NCBI GenBank assembly: GCA_029061495.1
Contig: JAIDRX010000123.1
Coordinates: 1 to 56,626, forward strand
From: Clostridia bacterium
Lineage (GTDB): Bacteria > Bacillota > Clostridia > Christensenellales > Borkfalkiaceae
Reading direction: 5' to 3'
Length of the DNA: 56,626 bases
Shown: positions 53,942 through 56,626 of the stretch, one piece after another
Position numbering within the stretch: the stretch's first letter is position 1
Layout: the number at the start of each line of letters is the position of its first letter
Translations under genes and position numbers: made by a program
The notes under the pieces: generated by a model
The model's input: only the letters and a program-made list of their open reading frames with translations
Told to the model about the DNA's origin: nothing
The model's database searches: none

Positions 53942-55087
53942 TTATTGCTTATCTACCTTTTTACCGTACACGGCGGAAAGGTTGTTAGAGTATCTTTGCA
54001 TGTTGTCGCACGATTTAAGCGGTACGCTGTTTTCATAATCGTTGAGCTTTTTAAGCTGATCTCGAGAGAGCTTCGAGGGGACTTCTATCTCAACCGTAAC
54101 GTACAGGTTGCCCGTGCCGTTTACCGTCCTTACACCCTTGCCGCGCATACAGAAACGCGTGCCCGACGGAGTACACTCGGGAATTGCAAGCTCTAACGTG
54201 TCGTCGATTCCGGGAACCTGAATTTTGCCGCCCTGCACCGCCGTTCTGTAAGAGATGGGAACGGTTACATACAAATCTCTGTCCTCGCGGCGGAGCATCT
54301 TGTGCGGCTCTATACGGAAGTAAACGTACAAATCGCCGCTCTCCCCTCCGTTACCCGCCGCCTGACCGTAGCCGCGCTTTCTTAAACTGCTGTCCTTATC
54401 AACGCCTGCGGGTATGTTTATTGTGAAGCGCGTCTCTCTGCGCTGATAGCCCTTGCCCTTGCAGTCGGGGCATTTGTCGGTTATCTCTTTACCCGTGCCG
54501 CCGCAGTCGGGACATGCGCCAACCTGAATTGTTCTACCGAAAATAGTATCCTGCTGAAATTTTACCTTGCCGCTTCCGCCGCAACGCCCGCATTTTTTAA
54601 ACGCGGTGCCGTCCTTTGCGCCCGTGCCGTTACACGAAGCACAGGGCTGGTTGCGCATATAGCTTATCTCTTTCGAGCAGCCTTTGATAGCATCAAGGAA
54701 GGAAAGACTGACCGTATGCTCGATATCGGCGCCGCGCGCCCTCTTGGGTTCGCCGCCTCCGAATGCTCCGCCGAACGAGCCGCCGAACATAGAACTTATT
54801 ATATCCTCGAAGCCGCCCATGCCTCCGCCCGAAAATCCGCCGGAAAAAGGATTTCCGCCGCCCATGCCGGGGTGTTCGAGCTCGAAGTCGTACTGCTTAC
54901 GCTTTTGCTCGTCCGAAAGGACTGCGTTAGCCTCGTTTATTTCCTTAAACTTTTCCGCCGCCGCTTTGTCGCCGGGGTGAAAGTCGGGGTGATACTGCTT
55001 AGCAAGCTTTCTGTAAGCCGACTTGATTTCGTCCTGCGACGCGGTTTTGGATATGCCGAGAATATCGTAATAGTTTTTATCCGCCAT
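53942..55087 (-). CDS. dnaJ: molecular chaperone DnaJ
   Basis: J domain (YYDILGISK...HPD), G/F region and four CxxCxGxG zinc-finger repeats. Confidence 0.97.
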   Translation of the reverse strand: MADKNYYDILGISKTASQDEIKSAYRKLAKQYHPDFHPGDKAAAEKFKEINEANAVLSDEQKRKQYDFELEHPGMGGGNPFSGGFSGGGMGGFEDIISSMFGGSFGGAFGGGEPKRARGADIEHTVSLSFLDAIKGCSKEISYMRNQPCASCNGTGAKDGTAFKKCGRCGGSGKVKFQQDTIFGRTIQVGACPDCGGTGKEITDKCPDCKGKGYQRRETRFTINIPAGVDKDSSLRKRGYGQAAGNGGESGDLYVYFRIEPHKMLRREDRDLYVTVPISYRTAVQGGKIQVPGIDDTLELAIPECTPSGTRFCMRGKGVRTVNGTGNLYVTVEIEVPSKLSRDQLKKLNDYENSVPLKSCDNMQRYSNNLSAVYGKKVDKQ

Positions 55088-55145
55088 AGAGATATGTCCT
55101 TAAATGCGCCTTAACTTGATGTGTGATTAATAATAAATATTTTTA

Positions 55146-55320
55146 GGCGCAAGCAAAACCACGCTTTTGCGTAGCGCACACAATTTGCACATACCTGCGC
55201 CTCAGCGAGGTGAATTCGCGCGATTATATAAGTTTTTGCCCTTACATATCGCGCGAAGAGGGCGAGTAGCCCTCAAAATCACGAAATTTTCCGTGCGCAT
55301 AATAGCACGGAAAATTTGTG
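55146..55320 (+). repeat. structured intergenic repeat, copy 3 (between dnaK and dnaJ, inverted relative to copies 1 and 2)
   Basis: The plus strand here aligns with the minus strand of copies 1 and 2. It has the same hairpin series. Confidence 0.85.
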
Positions 55321-55327
55321 AATTGTA

Positions 55328-56626
55328 TTAGTGCTGTCTGAACTCCGTATCGTCGCCGTTGCCGCCGTCGGGATTACCCTGACCGCCCGCCTGCTGATAC
55401 ATCTTAGCAACTATAGGCTGAATTTCGTTAGAGAGCGTATCGATAGCCGCCTTTATGCGGTCGTTGTCGTTTGACTCGAGTTCGGTCTTTGCCTTTGCTA
55501 CCGCATCCTCTACTACCTTCTTGTCGTCGTCGGAGAGCTTGTCGCCCGCTTCCTTTACGGTCTTTTCAAGGCTGTCTATCATGCTCTCGAGCGTGTTTTT
55601 GTTGTCAACCGCTTCCTTACGCTTTTTGTCCTCTTCCGCATACTTTTCAGCGTCCTTGACCGCCTTGTCGATATCCTCTTCGGAAAGGTTTGTAGAAGCC
55701 GTTATCGTAATGTTTGTACTCTTGCCCGTACCCAAATCCTTTGCCGTAACGTTTACAATGCCGTTAGCGTCTACGTCGAAAGTAACTTCAATCTGGGGAA
55801 CTCCGCGGGGTGCGGGGGGAATATCGGTAAGCATAAACTTACCTAACGATTTATTGTCGCGGGCGAACTTTCTTTCACCCTGCAAAACGTTGATTTCAAC
55901 GCCGGGCTGATTATCCGCCGCGGTTGAGAATACCTGACTCTTTTTAACGGGGATGGTCGTGTTTCTCTCGATTAAAGGAGTTGACACGCCGCCGAGTGTT
56001 TCGATGCCGAGAGTCAGAGGCATAACGTCAAGCAAAAGCACGTCTTTGACTTCGCCCGATAAAACGCCGCCCTGAATAGCCGCGCCGATAGCCACACACT
56101 CGTCGGGGTTGATGCCCTTGAAAGGTTCTTTGCCCGTAACACTCTTTACCTTATCGAATACGGCGGGGATACGCGTCGAGCCGCCGACCATAATAACTTT
56201 GTTTATATCGCCGTAGGAAAGTCCCGCATCCTGCATAGCCTTTTTCATGGGCTCGACAGTCCTTTCAACGAGATCTGAAGTCAAGCTGTCGAACTTCTGC
56301 TTTGAAAGGTCTATATCGAGGTGCTGGGGGGTACCGTCTACTACCGTAATGAAGGGAAGGTTGATATTTGTCGTGCTCATGCCCGAAAGCTCTATCTTAG
56401 CCTTTTCAGCCGCTTCTTTAAGCCTCTGCATAGCCGCCTTATCTTTTGAAAGGTCTACGCCCGTCTCCTTCTTAAAGGTGTCTACGAGGTAGTCCATAAT
56501 CTTGTTGTCGAAGTCGTCGCCGCCGAGGTGGGTATCGCCGTTGGTTGCCAAAACTTCGAATACGCCGTCGCCGATTTCGAGAATGGAAACGTCGAAGGTG
56601 CCGCCGCCGAGGTCGTAAATCATGAC
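55328..56626 (-). CDS. dnaK: molecular chaperone DnaK, C-terminal about 433 aa (N-terminus outside window)
   Basis: Open to the window edge. Begins ...[17 protein letters not shown], contains the substrate-binding domain, and ends with a G/D-rich tail. Confidence 0.97.
   Translation of the reverse strand, partial: VMIYDLGGGTFDVSILEIGDGVFEVLATNGDTHLGGDDFDNKIMDYLVDTFKKETGVDLSKDKAAMQRLKEAAEKAKIELSGMSTTNINLPFITVVDGTPQHLDIDLSKQKFDSLTSDLVERTVEPMKKAMQDAGLSYGDINKVIMVGGSTRIPAVFDKVKSVTGKEPFKGINPDECVAIGAAIQGGVLSGEVKDVLLLDVMPLTLGIETLGGVSTPLIERNTTIPVKKSQVFSTAADNQPGVEINVLQGERKFARDNKSLGKFMLTDIPPAPRGVPQIEVTFDVDANGIVNVTAKDLGTGKSTNITITASTNLSEEDIDKAVKDAEKYAEEDKKRKEAVDNKNTLESMIDSLEKTVKEAGDKLSDDDKKVVEDAVAKAKTELESNDNDRIKAAIDTLSNEIQPIVAKMYQQAGGQGNPDGGNGDDTEFRQH

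Overview
Chromosomal segment of a Firmicutes/Clostridia-type bacterium, judged from TTGACA/TATAAT promoters, GGAGG ribosome-binding sites, a V-type ATPase and Listeria-Bacteroides-repeat surface proteins. Core genes: ilvD (partial)-leuC-leuD-leuB-yggS; rpsF-ssb-rpsR; cca; a PAS-PP2C phosphatase; a NarL-type two-component pair overlapping radC; an M20 dipeptidase; a methionine operon (two PLP C-S lyases, metF, split metH) followed by a cobalamin riboswitch controlling a DUF4430 lipoprotein and a membrane protein; a ZIP zinc transporter; tRNA-Arg(ACG); a nine-gene V-type ATPase operon; a MATE exporter; DUF3737; dnaK (partial)-dnaJ. There are three very large envelope proteins: a PL1 pectate-lyase-like lipoprotein, an M60 enhancin-like peptidase with a repetitive basic cytoplasmic tail, and a 2488-aa beta-helix/Ig-repeat protein. 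Most unusual observations: (1) a ~175-nt multi-hairpin repeat present three times, twice between cistrons of the V-ATPase operon and once inverted between dnaK and dnaJ, with compensatory base changes in several stems; (2) a ~190-nt chimeric tRNA-like element transcribed from a consensus promoter ahead of tRNA-Arg; (3) a two-hairpin leader with complementary tetraloops upstream of the MATE gene, a possible guanidine-IV/mepA-type riboswitch; (4) a cluster of same-orientation DnaA boxes downstream of dnaJ; (5) a repeat-dense ~590-bp control region upstream of the giant surface-protein gene; (6) an AT-rich islet with a SLOG/DUF1273 gene translationally coupled to a 51-aa membrane peptide and two XRE regulators with operator arrays. 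No CRISPR array, transposase, integrase or rRNA was seen. All homology calls come from reading the translations, not from database searches.
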